Positions 1 to 14,275 of a stretch of 64,000 bases of DNA are shown here, one piece after another. Source of the DNA: Octopus vulgaris (taxonomy: Eukaryota); assembly GCA_951406725.2 (NCBI GenBank), contig OX597816.1:160208001-160272000 (forward strand), in the 5' to 3' direction. The first letter of the stretch is position 1. Every line of letters begins with the position of its first letter. Position numbers and translations under genes: made by a program. The notes under the pieces are model-generated. The model saw only the letters and a list, made by a program, of their open reading frames with translations, made no database searches and was not told the DNA's origin.

Positions 1-312
1 ATTTTTTAGCTGAACAAATCGATCTCAGTACTTGCTTTATGTTTCTAAGCCTGGTACTTATTTTATCAGTCTTTTTTGCTGAACCACTAAGTTAGAGAGG
101 TGTAAACGAAGCTATACCAGTTGTCAAGCGATGGTAGGTGACAAACATAGGCTAAAACACACACATACAGAGTTTCTTTCGGTTTCCGTCTTCTGACTCC
201 ACTCACAAGGCTTTTGATGGCCCAAGGCTATAATAGAAGACAGTTGCCTAAGGTGCCATATTGTGGGACTGATCCTGGAACCGTGTGGTTCATAAGCAAG
301 CTACTTACCACA
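1..312 (-). mobile_element. tRNA-derived SINE, family A (partial)
   Basis: Shares blocks such as ccactcacaaggctt, aaggtgcca..gtgggactga and aagcaagctacttaccac with many copies in the window, e.g. the full copy at 23885-24272. Confidence 0.8.
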
Positions 313-338
313 TGATGGTATTGGAGTTAATTTATGCA

Positions 339-342
<4 letters not shown>

Positions 343-386
<44 letters not shown>
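343..386. repeat. (TG)n microsatellite, representative of dozens in the window
   Basis: Pure dinucleotide run seen directly. Confidence 0.95.
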
Positions 387-390
<4 letters not shown>

Positions 391-730
391 AGATGTGGTG
401 AGGACATTAGTAAACAAAACATGCAAATGGTAATGTTCGTAAATTCATTAGTAGTGATGGTCATGGTGGTTGTAACGAGGCAATGATGGAAGAGTAGTGG
501 TAATAGTAGTAAGAGGAGGAGGAGAAGGAGGGTGTGAATATAGTTAACAAATTAATAAGGAAAATATATCACCGGAAAATTAAGAAGCCTGCAGAAAATT
601 AAAGGGCACTGAACAGTAAACCTTCCCCCCCAACACACACAATGACTCTAACACACACACATACACACACACACACACACATGCTCACAAATTTATATAT
701 AAGGCACCAATGTAATGAAAGATGCAAAAC

Positions 731-768
<38 letters not shown>

Positions 769-1065
769 CAACAACAACATTATTATTATTATTATTATTT
801 CTTCTGCTGACACTAGGACACATATTTATGACAAAGATTTATAAACGTCAATTTATCAACCGCAATATATGTTTAGTGCATATTAATGTTTAACCCCAGA
901 AGCATGGAAGGGTGGAGCTGACACTGGTTGGATTTCAACCCCCGAATGTAGTTGAGATAAAAGTCTGAATATTGTAAGGGAGCAGTTATCTGACAATTCT
1001 GCCATTACATGGCCTTCATAATAATAATAAATAATAATAACAATAATAATAATAATTGTTATTAT

Positions 1066-1268
1066 TATTTCAAATTTTTGCCATATGGGCCGCTTAAAGG
1101 AGGTAGGGATGAGTTGAACTGTGTTCAACTGGTACTTATTTTATTGATCCCGAAAGGATGAAAGGTAAAGTCAACCTCGGCGGAATTTGAACTCAGAACA
1201 TAGTGACAGGTGAAATACTGCTAAGTGTTTTGTCCAGTGCGCTAACGATTCTGCCAGCTCACTGCCTT
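1066..1268 (-). mobile_element. tRNA-derived SINE, family B
   Basis: Conserved block gaaaggatgaaagg.aaagtc.acctcggcggaatttgaactcag. Minus-strand head has B-box-like gagttcaaattcc. Flanked by (AAT)n. Confidence 0.8.
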
Positions 1269-1295
1269 AATAATAGTAATAATAATAATATTGAT

Positions 1296-1950
1296 TCTTT
1301 CTCTTAAGGGCCATGAAGGCCATAAAAAATGCTTAGGACAATATACAAATAGCAGTGGGGACTTGCATAAAAACATGTAAACAATAAAAATCAATTACAA
1401 CTAACAAAACAATTTTAACCAACAAATTTCCCAAAAGGGGCAAAACACCACTTGGGGGCAATCAAAGAACCTCACAGATCCTGAGTCACTCTACTCACCA
1501 GCAGTGCTATGGAAAGTGCTCCTCTTTTCTTCTTGCTTCTCAGCCTACAGGTACCAGCTTAGAGTTGGCCCACTCACTCAGGCTATCCTTGTCACATCCA
1601 CCCACCTTTCAACAAATTTACAGGGAAGCAGCACATCCCTCTCAACCCTCACCTTTCTTTTCAAATAGAATTTTAAAAAGTCAACGAGGGCGTGGTTGAA
1701 ATGGAAAGTTTCTGTCTTGAGTCCTTTCAGTTTTGTCCACCTTGCAATCTTTTTTGCCATAGCCACTAGACAGAAGAAAACTGCCTTTTCCAATGAAAGG
1801 AAAACAGTGGAGGCAATCTTCACAATAGAGTTGGCCAATAGCGGGTTCCATCCTACATGTGCGGACGTAGTTTGTCTGTCGATGCAACGAAGACCATCTA
1901 GTCATCCTGGGGTGGGGGTGGGCTTGTTTTGTGAGTCTGCAGATGGCAAG
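1296..1950 (-). mobile_element. Degraded non-LTR retrotransposon 3' end, probably Tx1/L1-like
   Basis: ORF 1578-1838 resembles a LINE ORF2 C-terminus. A related decayed copy lies near 16520-17050. Both end in a (TAT)n/(AAT)n tract. Clade assignment is by recollection. Confidence 0.5.
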
Positions 1951-1966
1951 TGAGGCCAATCTGTGC

Positions 1967-2360
1967 TCAAAAGAGTCTTTGACAGTGTGGATAGGGAATG
2001 GTAGCACCTGCCACAGGGTTGTTAACTCTGTTCTTCCTGGTTTGTCTGTGGTCTTCTACAGCAGTGATCCTATTAGTCTCACATGTGTTGGCACCTCTGT
2101 GGACAGCTGATTGCCACCCTTCTCTGTCTAGAGCAGACTGCTCCCAAGTGTCATGGTCGATGTTGAAGGCTTTCAGTATGTCCTTAAAGCACTTCTTCTG
2201 ACTGCCTTGTTGGCGCTTTCCATTTTGCAGTCCGCCAAAGAGCAATCTTTTTGGTAATCGATCATTTGACATGCGAGCTACGTGCCCTGCCCAGTGAAGC
2301 TGAGACTGCATCAAGATGGTATGGATGCTGGGCAGGTTAGCACATATTAGTACCTCGGTG
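1967..2360 (-). mobile_element. RTE-clade LINE fragment, ORF C-terminus
   Basis: QLHWAGHVARMSNDRLPKRLLFG..GKRQQGSQKKCFKD..W...A.DR..W matches the RTE/BovB C-terminal signature, followed by a degenerate zinc-finger start (PHCQRLF). Confidence 0.85.
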
Positions 2361-4207
2361 TTCCATCCTCATGTAAGAGCAGATATTCAACATAACTCCA
2401 TAAGTCAGCAATGCTCAAGCACTGTACATGTGCATATATGATGAGTCCATTGCTCTGCACATATCACAGGCAGGTCTGGCTGGTAGCACTTCCATGCCAC
2501 CTGCAGAGTTTATCCTGAACTGGCCATATCCCTCAGTTGCACTATCAGACTAGGGATTTCTGGAACTTTTTCCATGGCTCTGGTCTGAAAGTCCTCCAGA
2601 ACAGACCAGCCAATTAATTTTCATCAAAACCCAAAGTTTCCCCAAGGGCATTGTAGCTAGCTCATGACCAACACTATGTACAAAACCAAATATATGGCAC
2701 ACTAGGCATAACACCAACATGATCTTCCAACTTGTTGTCTCTTGAGGTCTCTGGGTGAAATTTGGAGCCAACTTGTACAAATGTAAAGCAGAAGTCAAGC
2801 ATGAAATAATAATAATAAACAGCAACATCAACAACAATCATAATTGTTTCTCATGCTAATATTAATAACTGCTTAATAATAATAATAATAATGAAATTTC
2901 CTATATAGGATTTTATAATATCACATGACAGTATTGTTATTAATTATAAAGGGTAGGGGATGACAAAATTGGTGAAGCACCAGACGAATGTCTTGCAGTA
3001 TTTAGTTACATCTTTGTATGCCCTGTAAAAAAATATAGGACCCCTCCTTCAAAATTTATAGCTTTGTACCAAATTTACAAATCATTTGTACAATTTGCAT
3101 GCGAAATGGAAAAGAAAGATGAAGAGAGAGGTGTTGCCCTCTTGTAAATTTGTTGAAAACTGGGTGAGCAGTGACAAACATGGCCAAATTGAATTAGGTG
3201 TAGAAACAAAACTGATATAATATTTCTTTGACACTGATTTCACACCATTTCTTATGTAATTTGATGTTGCTCTTGATAAATTTTATGCAGAATCTTCAAA
3301 AGAATTTGTTTACATATCTGTTCACTCTGGTACTGAATTTCACTGGCTCTACATTCTTGTTTGTTTAAATGCAGCAGTAAATACTTGGAGGAAGTGACAT
3401 GATTGGTTATTTTTAGCTAATCAAATTACTTCATTCTGATGCACACACACACACATTGATGCATATACACATACATTATGACATGATACAAATCATTTTA
3501 TATTGTCACTTAAGTATTGTTCTTTACTGCTATCACCCACTTCTGGTGAAGAGCAACTAAATATTTTGTGTGTGGTTTGGTTGATAAACCAGAGTGGTAC
3601 TTGGTACTTGAGTGGTTCTTTGCGAGATAAGACAGAGTAGAATCTATTAGAATTTGAGCTGAAAATGTAGAGGGGTGTAGCTTGCAAGGCATTTTGTTAG
3701 GTACCCTGTCAATTCTGCCATTCACTGTGCCACTTGACTGGCTCCCATACCAGTGGCATGTAAAAAGCACCATCTGAATGTGGCTGATGCCAGCACCCCT
3801 TGATTGGCTTCTGTGCTGGTGGCACTTAAAAAACACCACCTGATAGTGGTCGATACCAGGTCTGCCTGACTGGTCCCTGTGCCGGTGGCAGATAAAAAAC
3901 CCGGAATCATGTAGTTTGTAAGTAAGCTACTTACCACACAGCCACTCCTACGCCTGTTAATTTTATTTAAACATTTATATATTTGCTATTGATTTCAAAT
4001 TTTGGCTCAAGGCAGCAATTCAGGGTTTGTTGGATAAATTGATGACATTGATCTCCAGTGCTCAACTGGTGTTTATTTTATCAACCCCATAGGGATGAAA
4101 AGCAAAGTCAACCTCGGTGGAATTTGAGCTCAGAATGTAAAGTTGGATGAAATACCACTAAGCATTTTGCCTGGCATGTTAACAGTTCTTCTAGCTCGCT
4201 ACCTTAT

Positions 4208-4514
4208 TGTTGTTTGTTCCTTCTTGAGCCATGCCTGGCTCATAGGGCCGGTTTTCCAGTTTCCTTGGAGTATAGATTCCTCACCTGGATGGGACACCGG
4301 TCCGTCACAGGTGGGCTGCTGCAAAATTCAGGAGGAAAGAGTGAGAGAAAGTTGTGGCGAGAGAGTCTTCAGAAGTTCACTAGTACCTTCTGCCGGAGCC
4401 GCGTGGAGCTTAGTTGTTTCGCTCATAAACAAACACATCGCCCAATCTGAGATTTGAACCTGTGATCCCTTGACCGCGAATCCGCTGCTCTAACCACTAG
4501 GCCATGTGCCTCCA
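4208..4514 (-). mobile_element. tRNA-derived SINE with 13-bp TSD, inserted at the head of a family B SINE
   Basis: Minus head ggaggcacatggcctagtggttagagc...ggttcaaatc contains A and B boxes. TSD ctcgctaccttat (4195-4207) / ctcgctgccttat (4515-4527). Confidence 0.85.
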
Positions 4515-4542
4515 CTCGCTGCCTTATACAGGTAAACAATCA

Positions 4543-4670
4543 ATATTGATGAATAGAATGTTAAAACATGACTTGATAAACCACAATCTCAAAGACATGA
4601 GCATCAGACTGCTCCAGTTACCAAGGAATTAGATAGATACAACACTGACATTGTCACTTTGTATGAAATG
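4543..4670 (+). mobile_element. RTE LINE AP-endonuclease N-terminal fragment (decayed)
   Basis: Translates, with stops and a frameshift, to NVKT*LD...QTAPVTKELDRYNTDIVTLYE, similar to the RTE motif WNVRTLLD..RRTALVARELDRYNIDIAALSE. Confidence 0.6.
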
Positions 4671-5039
4671 CAAATATGTGTCTTTTATGCTGTAATTGTT
4701 TTAGTTTCAACTCATGGTTTCTGATCGAACCACTTGCCCAGACAAGTACATCTCCCAAATTAGCAAGTTTATAAAACCTGGTCTGCAATACTTATTTGGT
4801 TGTATTTATCGTTTATCAATTGATGTGGTTGTAATTCTGGCTTACATGTTTATTTGGAACATCAGAAGAGTTATGGGCATCATCTGGTAATTATTATAAG
4901 TATTTGTTACATCAGACACAAACAAGAAAGAGATAAATATCAGCAACTACTCAGTTTATTCAGGAAAGGTTACAGTTCAATAAGAAGGAATCTTCCATTT
5001 GTTGGAATCACCAACACACTGCTTCTATGACTTAATACT

Positions 5040-5400
5040 TTTCTCATTATAAAGCATTCTTCCTTCCCTCTACACCAATCTCCTCCTCTGTTTACATCAG
5101 TCTCCCTCTCTCTCTCTGCTCAGTCTTCACTTTCTTTACATCATCCTTCTTCTCTCTTAACTATTCTTATCCTCTACTTACACTCCACATCTCTCTGCAC
5201 CTGCCTTTCCACTTTCTCTGCCACTCCCCCTTCACTGTTCCTCTACCACTCTCTTTTCTCCCTCCTCTCTCTACATCAGCCTTTCCTCTCTACAACACTT
5301 CTTCTTCCACTCTCTTTACACCGGCCTTCCTGTCACTCTACCACACTCCCATTGTTCTACATCTCTCTCTCTCTCTACCATTCTTTCTTCTCACTAGACT
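5040..5400. repeat. Pyrimidine-rich (CT) low-complexity tract
   Basis: Strong C/T strand asymmetry with recurring ctcta(c) words. Confidence 0.8.
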
Positions 5401-6001
5401 TTACTGCCACTGGATAATACACAAGTCTATTGCAACCAACTCACTACAATCATTACAGATCTAAAACAAACTCACTATATCAACTGCATATCTGAGACCC
5501 TACATAATATCTATCGCTCTAAGTGTACAGAGGTCCTCCTGAGAAAAACAGTGAAATATTCAGAGCTGATTCGAACTCGTCCACTGGTACTCAGTCAGTT
5601 ATGATCATGGGTGTTCCAGTTGATCTGATCAACAGAATAAGCCAGCTCTTGAAATTGATGAGCAAGTGGCTTATCACTTCACAGACACGTGTACTGTTAA
5701 AATAGTTATCAGGGAGATTCAGCACGACACACCAAATGTGACAAGACTGGCCCTTTGAATTACAGGTGCAACTCATTTTTGCCAGCTGAGTGAACTCATC
5801 ACCCACCAATTAGTTGTCTGATAACGTATTCACGTGAAATTCTTTCAGTTTTATAATTTTATTCAGTTTACCTTTACAAGTAGGAGGCAAGGAAAATATT
5901 TAAAATTTATTAACAATTTGACTCATCATCTTGTCTTGAGAACAGCTGTTTTGTTTACATTGTTGGAATTTCATGTATCAGCAGTAAAAAAAGTCTGTAT
6001 G

Positions 6002-6049
<48 letters not shown>

Positions 6050-6091
6050 TATAAGTACCTCAACATATATATAGGTACCTGCTTGGGTGTG

Positions 6092-6137
<46 letters not shown>

Positions 6138-6750
6138 GAAAAAAAAAATATAATTTCTATATAATTCCATTTTGCACTTACATACACACACACATCTGAC
6201 AGCTTTCCATATGGTTTTCATTTACCAAATTTCACCCACAAATTTTTGGCCAGCCTATGTCTATGACCGAAGACAGTTGTCCCAAGTACCATGTAATTGG
6301 ATTGAAGCAAACTCCCACATAGCATAGCAATATGGTATTGCCTATCCCCCTCCCCCAAAATTTCAGGCCTTGTGCCCATAATAGAGAGGATATGGTTAAC
6401 TATATATTCTTTTATTCTTCTTTCATTTACTTGTTTCAGTCATTTGACTGTAGCCATGCTGCAGCACCGCCTTTAGTTGAACAAATCGACCCCAACTTAT
6501 TCTTTCTAAGCCTAGTGCTTTTTATATCAGTCTGTTTTGCCGAACCACTAAGTTTTTCAACTATTATTTTCATATTCTTATTACTTGCTCTGACTGTTTT
6601 TTATGAATATGATGAATCTTTATTAGAAATCATTCTTTCTCTCTTTTTGGACCTCTCAAAAAGTTTGAATTGTTCTTTTTTGAACTTATTTTCCCCCATA
6701 TATATATATATATATATATATATACTTTATTTAAAATAGCAGAAATATAA

Positions 6751-6799
6751 CAAAAGCTGTTACTCAGAGTTTCACGTTCCTGTTTGTCAGACAGTTTTG
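6751..6799 (-). ncRNA. Decayed minimal type-I hammerhead ribozyme motif
   Basis: Minus strand reads CAAAACUGU-CUGACAA-ACAG-GAA-CGU-GAA-ACUC-U-GAGU-A-ACAGCUUUUG: stem I, near-consensus core, stem II, stem III and a GUA cleavage triplet. Confidence 0.6.
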
Positions 6800-9502
6800 T
6801 TAAAATAGAACAGAAATAACAATATGATCAAAACTAGTTAAAGGATACACCATTAAAAATGGATTTGTTTCATTGGTCCTTTCAAATAACAGTTTTAAGC
6901 ATGCGATAAACAAATTCAATATAAATTCATCCTATTAAAAAATCGAGGAAAAACCTTAAATCAAAGAGCAGATTCAAAATACATGTTGTGATTAATTATA
7001 TATGAAATATAATTCGATTAATACAATTAATATATTAGAAATTAAAATATTTCACAACAGTATATACGCATACTAAACCATCAATATACATATATACATC
7101 AAAATACACAGATGGATATACAGAGACCACATACATATGCAGACATATGTATGTAAGATTTAAATATACACACAAATACACATATATGTATATGCAACCT
7201 TGCCCGCATGCAAAAATTTACAGGGACATAAAAAATTCTCTACCGGCCCTACATACCATTCACTCAACACTTATTTTTCATTCATTATAGCACTCACTCA
7301 TGCCAGTGATACAAAAAAAAAAAGGCAAAAATCATCCAATATGTGCTGTAAAGTGGTTGGCATTAGGAAGGGCACCAAGCTGTAGAAACCATACCAAAGC
7401 AAACAGTGGAGCTCACAGCAGGCCTTGGAACTGTCAGATCCTATCAGATTATACAACTCATGCCAGCATGGGACAGACATTAATTGATGATGATCATAAT
7501 ATATATATGTGTGTGTGTGTATTTATATTTATACATACCTTCCTACATACATACATTTTCATTCATTCATACACACAAACACACACACATGTACATACAT
7601 ATACACACATGCGCAAAAGGTTACTATATTTAGAAGTAGTCAGAAACTTCTTCAGGAGGAATTTAGCCTATTTCTTGTCTCTATGACTTCCTCTGTTATT
7701 ATTCTAAGTAGCAATTCCTTTAACGATTTCACTAATTGTTTTCATGTTCTAATCAGAAATTATCCAAACCAACATGTCAAAGAACAAAAAAAAAACAACA
7801 ACAACAGCGCAACAAAAACATAATAAAGACCAAAACAACAAAAAATACATAGATAAAAATAAAAATCTAAATAAAGTCAGTGTACATCACCATTGAGTAA
7901 CTGTTGGTTAAATGTGTTGTAAGAACACACTGCATGGGGTATAGTATACACTAGGAACTAACAGGAAGCATGCTTGCCCTTTTTTACTATTCTTCTAGAA
8001 TATGAGAGGATGTTTTGTCATGCTAGTTAGTTTATATGTTTTTAAAACTGCAAAGCTTTTTTTGTTTTTCTTTAATTATCTCTAGTATTTCTTTCAACTA
8101 TTCTGCTCTGTTGTGAAGATTTGTAACTGTTTTACTGCAACTGAAAAGAGGAACACATTTACACATCACAATTTCACTTTCACCTATTGCAGCATTTTGC
8201 ATGAAGCAAACATTATATACACATTTGTGGTTATGTTGCGTCTGTCTGTTTGTCTGTCTGTCTGCCTGTCCGTCTGTCTGTGTATCTATCTATCTATCTG
8301 GGCATCTACTTATCTCTCTTGAATCTCCTTCCCCCTCCCCAATCTCTCTCTATGTATATATATCTATAATGATAAATGCCAAACTGAATTTCTGTGTGCC
8401 AGTGTGTCACACTTTGGCCTCCTCTCTCACTATTCAGTGACATTTCTACTATTCCTCATGTTAGGGTGAGAGTAATAGTAGGCATAGAAACGGTGAGGGC
8501 AGTAGTAGATTAACGGTTGTGATGGTAATGGGGTGATTAACTGTAGTTGTGATTGAGGCAGAAGCAATGGTAATGGTGGTAGCTGAGGCAGTCAGGGATG
8601 ACAATGATAATAAGCGATGTGAAAGACAGTGGTGATGGTGGTGGAGGGCAAGGTGGTGAAGTCAAAGGTATACCAGATTTAGTCATTGGATTGTGATGAT
8701 GTTGGACCACCGTCTTATAGAATGCTTAGTCAGTCATATTGACCCCAGTAATTACTTAAGTCTGATGGTCTCCATTTATTGTGGCTTAGTAACTTTCGAC
8801 ATAGAGAGTTGCAACATCAGTAAATATAATGGTCGCAGCATCAGGAGTCTGAATGGTGTGTGTATGGCAGTTGTGGTGATGATGGTGGTGGTACTGGTGA
8901 TGGTGATGGTTGAAAATAATCAACAGACAGAAAGAGAGAGAGTGAGAAAGAATAGAAAAAAAAGTTGTATTGACCTCCAAATGGGAAGACAAAAAATTGA
9001 AAATTAATTGAAGCACTTTGGCAGTTTACTTATTAGAAATTTTTTTTTTAATTACCAAGGCCTATTCCCCATAGGAGTGGGTAGCCACAACAGGACACAC
9101 ATCAGGCATTCCATTAATTTCTCAGCTCAAAGAGACAAGCCTTGTCCTGTGCTTGGATCAAGCATAGAAAGTAACCCTCAGTATCAGCAGCAGGTCCTGA
9201 CAGCATATGCTGGTTTACCCCTGCCACATCATGCTGGTTCCGTACCCCTTTGAGCAACATCAATTCACTCATCCATCCACAAACACTTTTCAAGCTTTCC
9301 TGTCATTAATAAATATAACAAAAAGGGGTTAAATTTATGCTAGTGATAGTTGCAGATAGGGATGTGTGGTTAGAAAATTCAGTTGGTAACTATGTGATAT
9401 CTGGGTTCAGTTTCCCTGCAAGACAACTTGGGCAAGTGTTTTCTACTATAGTTCTGGACTGACCTTGTGAATAAACTTGGTAGCTAAAAAGTGTGCAGAA
9501 GC

Positions 9503-9544
<42 letters not shown>

Positions 9545-12500
9545 ATATATATACCTGTTTGCTTTTGTGTTTGTCTGAGTTGGTTTGTTTACATTGGTCT
9601 TAGTGTTTCAGCAAAAGGATGCTGATAAAATAAGTACCCAAAGAATAAGTACTGAGGTCAATTTGATGGACTAAAAAAAAGCACAAAACAAAAAAAAAAC
9701 ATATTCAAAGCGGTGCTCCAGTATGGCCATGCTCTAATTCTGAAAGTAATAAAAAGGTAAATAGCTGATAGGTTTTAAGCCTTCCAAGAATTCTGCTATT
9801 CCTCATCTATTATGGTTTTGTTGTATTTTGTATTTCTTCTTGCATGGTATTAGACCATTGGATAAATAAATGTCTGCCCCAAGCCAAACTTGATTCTAGT
9901 CTGCCTTCTTCTTTCTCTCTCTCTCTCTCATTGTGTAAATTTCCATTTCTTAGTGTTGGCCACACATTGGTATAGATACTAAATTAGAACTTGACAGAGA
10001 GATATAATCTCTTTATAAACCTCTCAAGGGTGTAAGTCAAGACAGTTTGATATAATCTCTGACCCAGCTGGGATATTGTGGGATAATTGTTTGCTAAGCT
10101 AAGTACTAAATATACATAGCATATATACTATGTCGTGGGGCAAAGTTGAAAATGGAACGAGCAGTGTAACTTGTCATCTCATTTGCAGTTTGTGCGGAAA
10201 GTTATGGTATAAAAAAAATACTACACAGCTTGGAGGGCGTCTTTGGGTGTGGTTTGGTTACCATTCTGAGGAGACAAGAATCACTGCTGCATCCACCTCT
10301 TGGAATTGTCATTGATACCCCAATAGGGAGTCATAAATTGCCTGTAACTACATAGATTGTTTGAGGAAACACTTAGAAATGGAAACTGTCTAAAATGCTG
10401 TCTTAATTTTTTCCTTGCTAATTGGTAGCTTTTGCTGTCTCATATGTTAACGACTACACTATTCTATTAGCACCCTTGAGGAGCTGAGAATGTATGCTAA
10501 TAAGGTGTCTAATTCTTTAGCTTTGCTGATAGACCAATTAATCAGAGATCCTTGGGTGTGTCTGGTTCCATTATAAATCCTGATTGTTAAAAAATATTTT
10601 TCCCTATTCCCTGCAATTTTTCTTCCAGTCAGTATGAAATAGTATCCACTTTCCCTCTTCCATCCCTATCTTAAATTTATTTATTTACATATTTATCTAT
10701 TTTATTTATTTATCCATTTATTTATTTATTTATTTATTTATTCTCTGGAGAAGAAACTTATTTATAAGCCAGCAGCATACAATGATGTGTATAATTTTTT
10801 TTGTCCATTTTGGGTCACATGTCAAGTCCATACCATTCCTTGTGACATATCCAAGTCACTATAATTCCCTATCTCTCTCCCTCCGTCCCTCTTTCTCCTC
10901 TCCCTCCTCTCCCTGTCTCCTTTCTCTTCCCCCACTTCTATCTTCTCCCTGCCCTCTCTCACAAGAGCAGCCATTAAAATATCTTATTTTCAAGATACTT
11001 TCTCAGAATCTATCATTCAAATTCACAAGTGCATCTCTGTTGAGTGGTTAAGAAGCTTGCTTCCCAACCATGTGGTCTTGAGTTCAGTTTCTCTGCACAT
11101 TAGGCTAGTATCTTCAAATCTTGCCTCAGGTCATCTAAACCAATTTGGTATGTATCTGTTTGTCTGTCTGACTGGTCTTACTCTGTGTGTGTGTGTGTGT
11201 GTGTGCATGAGTTTGTATGGTTTTGTCTTGACATCACTTGATGGCTTGTTTCCAATCTTCAGTGAAAATTATGTCCAGCCATGGAGAAATATTACCTTGT
11301 TTGGAAACAAGTGAAGGTTGGCAACAGGAAGAGCTTCCAACCATAGAAAATCTGCCTCAATAAATTCCATCTGATTGGGAAAATGGTTGCTAAATGATGA
11401 CAGTGATGCCGATGTTTGTTATGGTTGTGATGTTGATGGTGATGACGACGGCGACGATGATGATGACGAATTCAAGCCACTCACTCACAAAGGGTTGTGA
11501 GTCTTTTGTTTGAGCCAAGACAGTTCCTGGGATTTGTGGGGATTATGTGAATCAGAGTAGGTGTATGTGTGAATAAATTTGCATAAGTGTTGTGGGTGTA
11601 TATGTATGTATGCAAATGTGTACATGTAAGAGTGTGTGTGTATACATATGTATACATGTGCAACTGAGAGCAGTTATATTTTGAACTGTGTATCTTTGAT
11701 ACATTCCACTAAAATATGTGACCTTAATTATTAGTAGAGGTAGGGCTAGTGATAGCAATACCCCTATTATTTATGAAAGGCTTGCATAAAACGCTGCAGG
11801 GTACAGTATGTATTCAAATAAATTGATATATATATTATTTCTCTTAAGTAACAAACCATGAATCAGGGAGGGAAAATTAAGTTTTAATTTTTCTTTTGAT
11901 ACTTGCATATCTCCTCCTGTGTATACAATATTTTCTTGTCTGTCTTTAACATGTTTGACAAGTTAATTAAAATATATATAGATATAGTTGTAGGTTTTTA
12001 ATATATAAATATAGTTTACAGATCCCTTCAGGGCTTCATGCGGTAGTCTTAGTGGGTCGCATCATGCCTGCTGGCTATATACTGTGTGCACACTTGTCTA
12101 AGGTAGAAAGCAATTATCAGAAGTATGATGTGGTATGGCAGTGAAAGATAACTGAAAATAGAGGTCATGTAGCAACTGGAAGAAGACAAGTAGGTCTTTG
12201 AGAAATAATTGGAATTTGAATACAAAAGAAGCTGGTTCAAAAGAGATGAGGAAATGGTTGCATATTAAAGATATTAGCCATTGTATGCAAGAAATGTAAG
12301 ATGTGCATAGGTATTCTTTTACCGGATTTAGTCATTGGATTGCGATCATGTTGGACCACTGCCTTATAGAATGTTTAGTCAGTCTTATTGATCTCAGTAA
12401 TTACTTCTGTCTGATGGTCTCCATTTATTGTGGCTTAGTAACTTTTGACATAGAGGGTTGCAACATCAGTAAATATAAACATGACCCTCCCCCACACCAA

Positions 12501-12606
12501 CACCATCTTCATATATGTTGTCCTTCAGCACCTAATTGCACTTGGAACACCCACTATAAAGGTTATAAATAACCGTAATGGTTTAATGCATGTGTGTATG
12601 TGTATG

Positions 12607-12909
12607 TGGAGTTGCAATGGTCCAGTGGTTAGGGCAGCGGACTTGCTGTCGTAGAATTGCGGTTTCGATTCCCAGACCAGATGTTGTGAGCATTTATTGA
12701 GCGAAAACACCTAAAAGCTCCAAGAGGCTCCAGCAGGGGTTGGTGGCAAACGCTGCTATACTCTTTCACCACAACTTTCTCTGACTCTTTCTTCCTGTTT
12801 CTGTGGTACCTGTATTTCAAAGGGACCAGCCTTGTCACATTCTGTGTCATGCTGAATCTCTGAGAGAACTACGTTAAGGGTACATGTGTCTGGAGTGCTC
12901 AGCTACACC

Positions 12910-12910
<1 letters not shown>
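12607..12910 (+). mobile_element. tRNA-derived SINE, family D (related copies near 38477-38825 +, 5575-5795 -, 44655-44950 -)
   Basis: Head tggtccagtggttagggcagcg...ggtttcgattccc. Body block cagccttgtcacattctgtgtcatgctgaatctc is shared among copies. Confidence 0.8.
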
Positions 12911-12954
<44 letters not shown>

Positions 12955-13762
12955 ATGGGCTTCTTTCAGTTTCTGCCTACCAAATCCACTCACAAGGCCT
13001 TGGTCAGCCCAAGGTTGTAGTAGATACTTGCCCAAGGTGCCATGCAGACTGTGTGTGTGTGTGTGTGTGTGCATGCATAGTTTCTGTTATATCAGTGAGA
13101 ATGTACGTAGCTATGTGATTAATGCGTTGGACTCATGATCATAAGGTTGTAGATTCAATTCCCTTACTGGGCATTGTGTTGTGTCCAAGAATCAAACACG
13201 GAATCAAACTGAAGTAAGATGAAATGGTGTGCCTTGAGAAAGGCACTTCATTTCATATTACTCAGTTCTATTCTTGAGTACTGAAAATGAGTACTAGCTG
13301 TTTGCTAGTGCAGCTCTCTCTCTTTCTTTCTCTCTCTTTCTTTCACTCTCCCCTTCTATCCCTTTTTCTCCCACTATCTCCTCTCTCAGGCTGTCACAAC
13401 CTCAATATTACACTGGATTATAGGTGGGAGAGCTGTAAAGATATCCATGTCTGTTTATAATTAGAGAGGTACCTCCAACAATTAAAGAAAATGTGGTACG
13501 AATTACCATCTTGTCCTTACCAGCAAGTGACAGTGACGCATTCATATCACTAAAAGATGTAAACAGTGACTAGAAAACATCTCAAGCAATATATTTTTTA
13601 TGCTTCAAGTTATAGATACTTCCTTGTTAGGTTAATCTGAAATCCACTGGATCAATAATTGATCTGTGAGAAATTTATAACCTGAGGTATGAAATTAAGA
13701 AATAAATCTGTGAGATAGACATGCTTCAATTCAAGTAAAATAAAATTGAGAAATGTGTTACG

Positions 13763-14275
13763 TGTTACATTTGTAGGTGCAGACACACATGACTGGTTGG
13801 TGAACAAGTTTACTTGCTTACTTGTCATATGTTATGTTTATAGGTGCAGGCAGACATGACTGGTTGGTGAACAAGTTTACTTGTTTACAAGTTACATGTT
13901 ACATTTGTATGTTCAAGCAGACATGACTGGTTGGTGAACAGGTTTACAAGTTACATGTTACAGTTGTAGGTTCAGGCAGACATGACAGGTTGGTGAACAA
14001 ATTTACTTGTTTATAAGAAGTTACATGTTAGATTTTTATGTTCAGGCAGACATGAGTGGTTGGTGAACAAGTTTACTTGTTTACAAGTTACATGTTACAG
14101 TTGTAGGTTCAAGCAGACATGACTGGTTGGTGAACAAGTTTACTTGCTTACATGTTACATTTATAGGTGCAGGTGGACATGATAGGTTGGTGAACAAGTT
14201 TACTTGTTTACATGTTACATGTTATGTTTATAGGTGTAGGCAGACATGACTGGTTGGTGAACATGTTTATTTCTT
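13763..14275 (+). repeat. Minisatellite, 8 units of about 59-70 bp
   Basis: Core caggcagacatgactggttggtgaacaagtttac repeated 8 times. Confidence 0.9.

Noticed and set aside
10090-10640. Possible decayed LINE or other TE coding fragment
   Set aside because: I could not read a diagnostic motif, so it is left unclassified.
13763-14275. CRISPR-like regular repeats
   Set aside because: The intervening segments are similar to each other rather than unique spacers. There are no cas genes and the context is eukaryotic.
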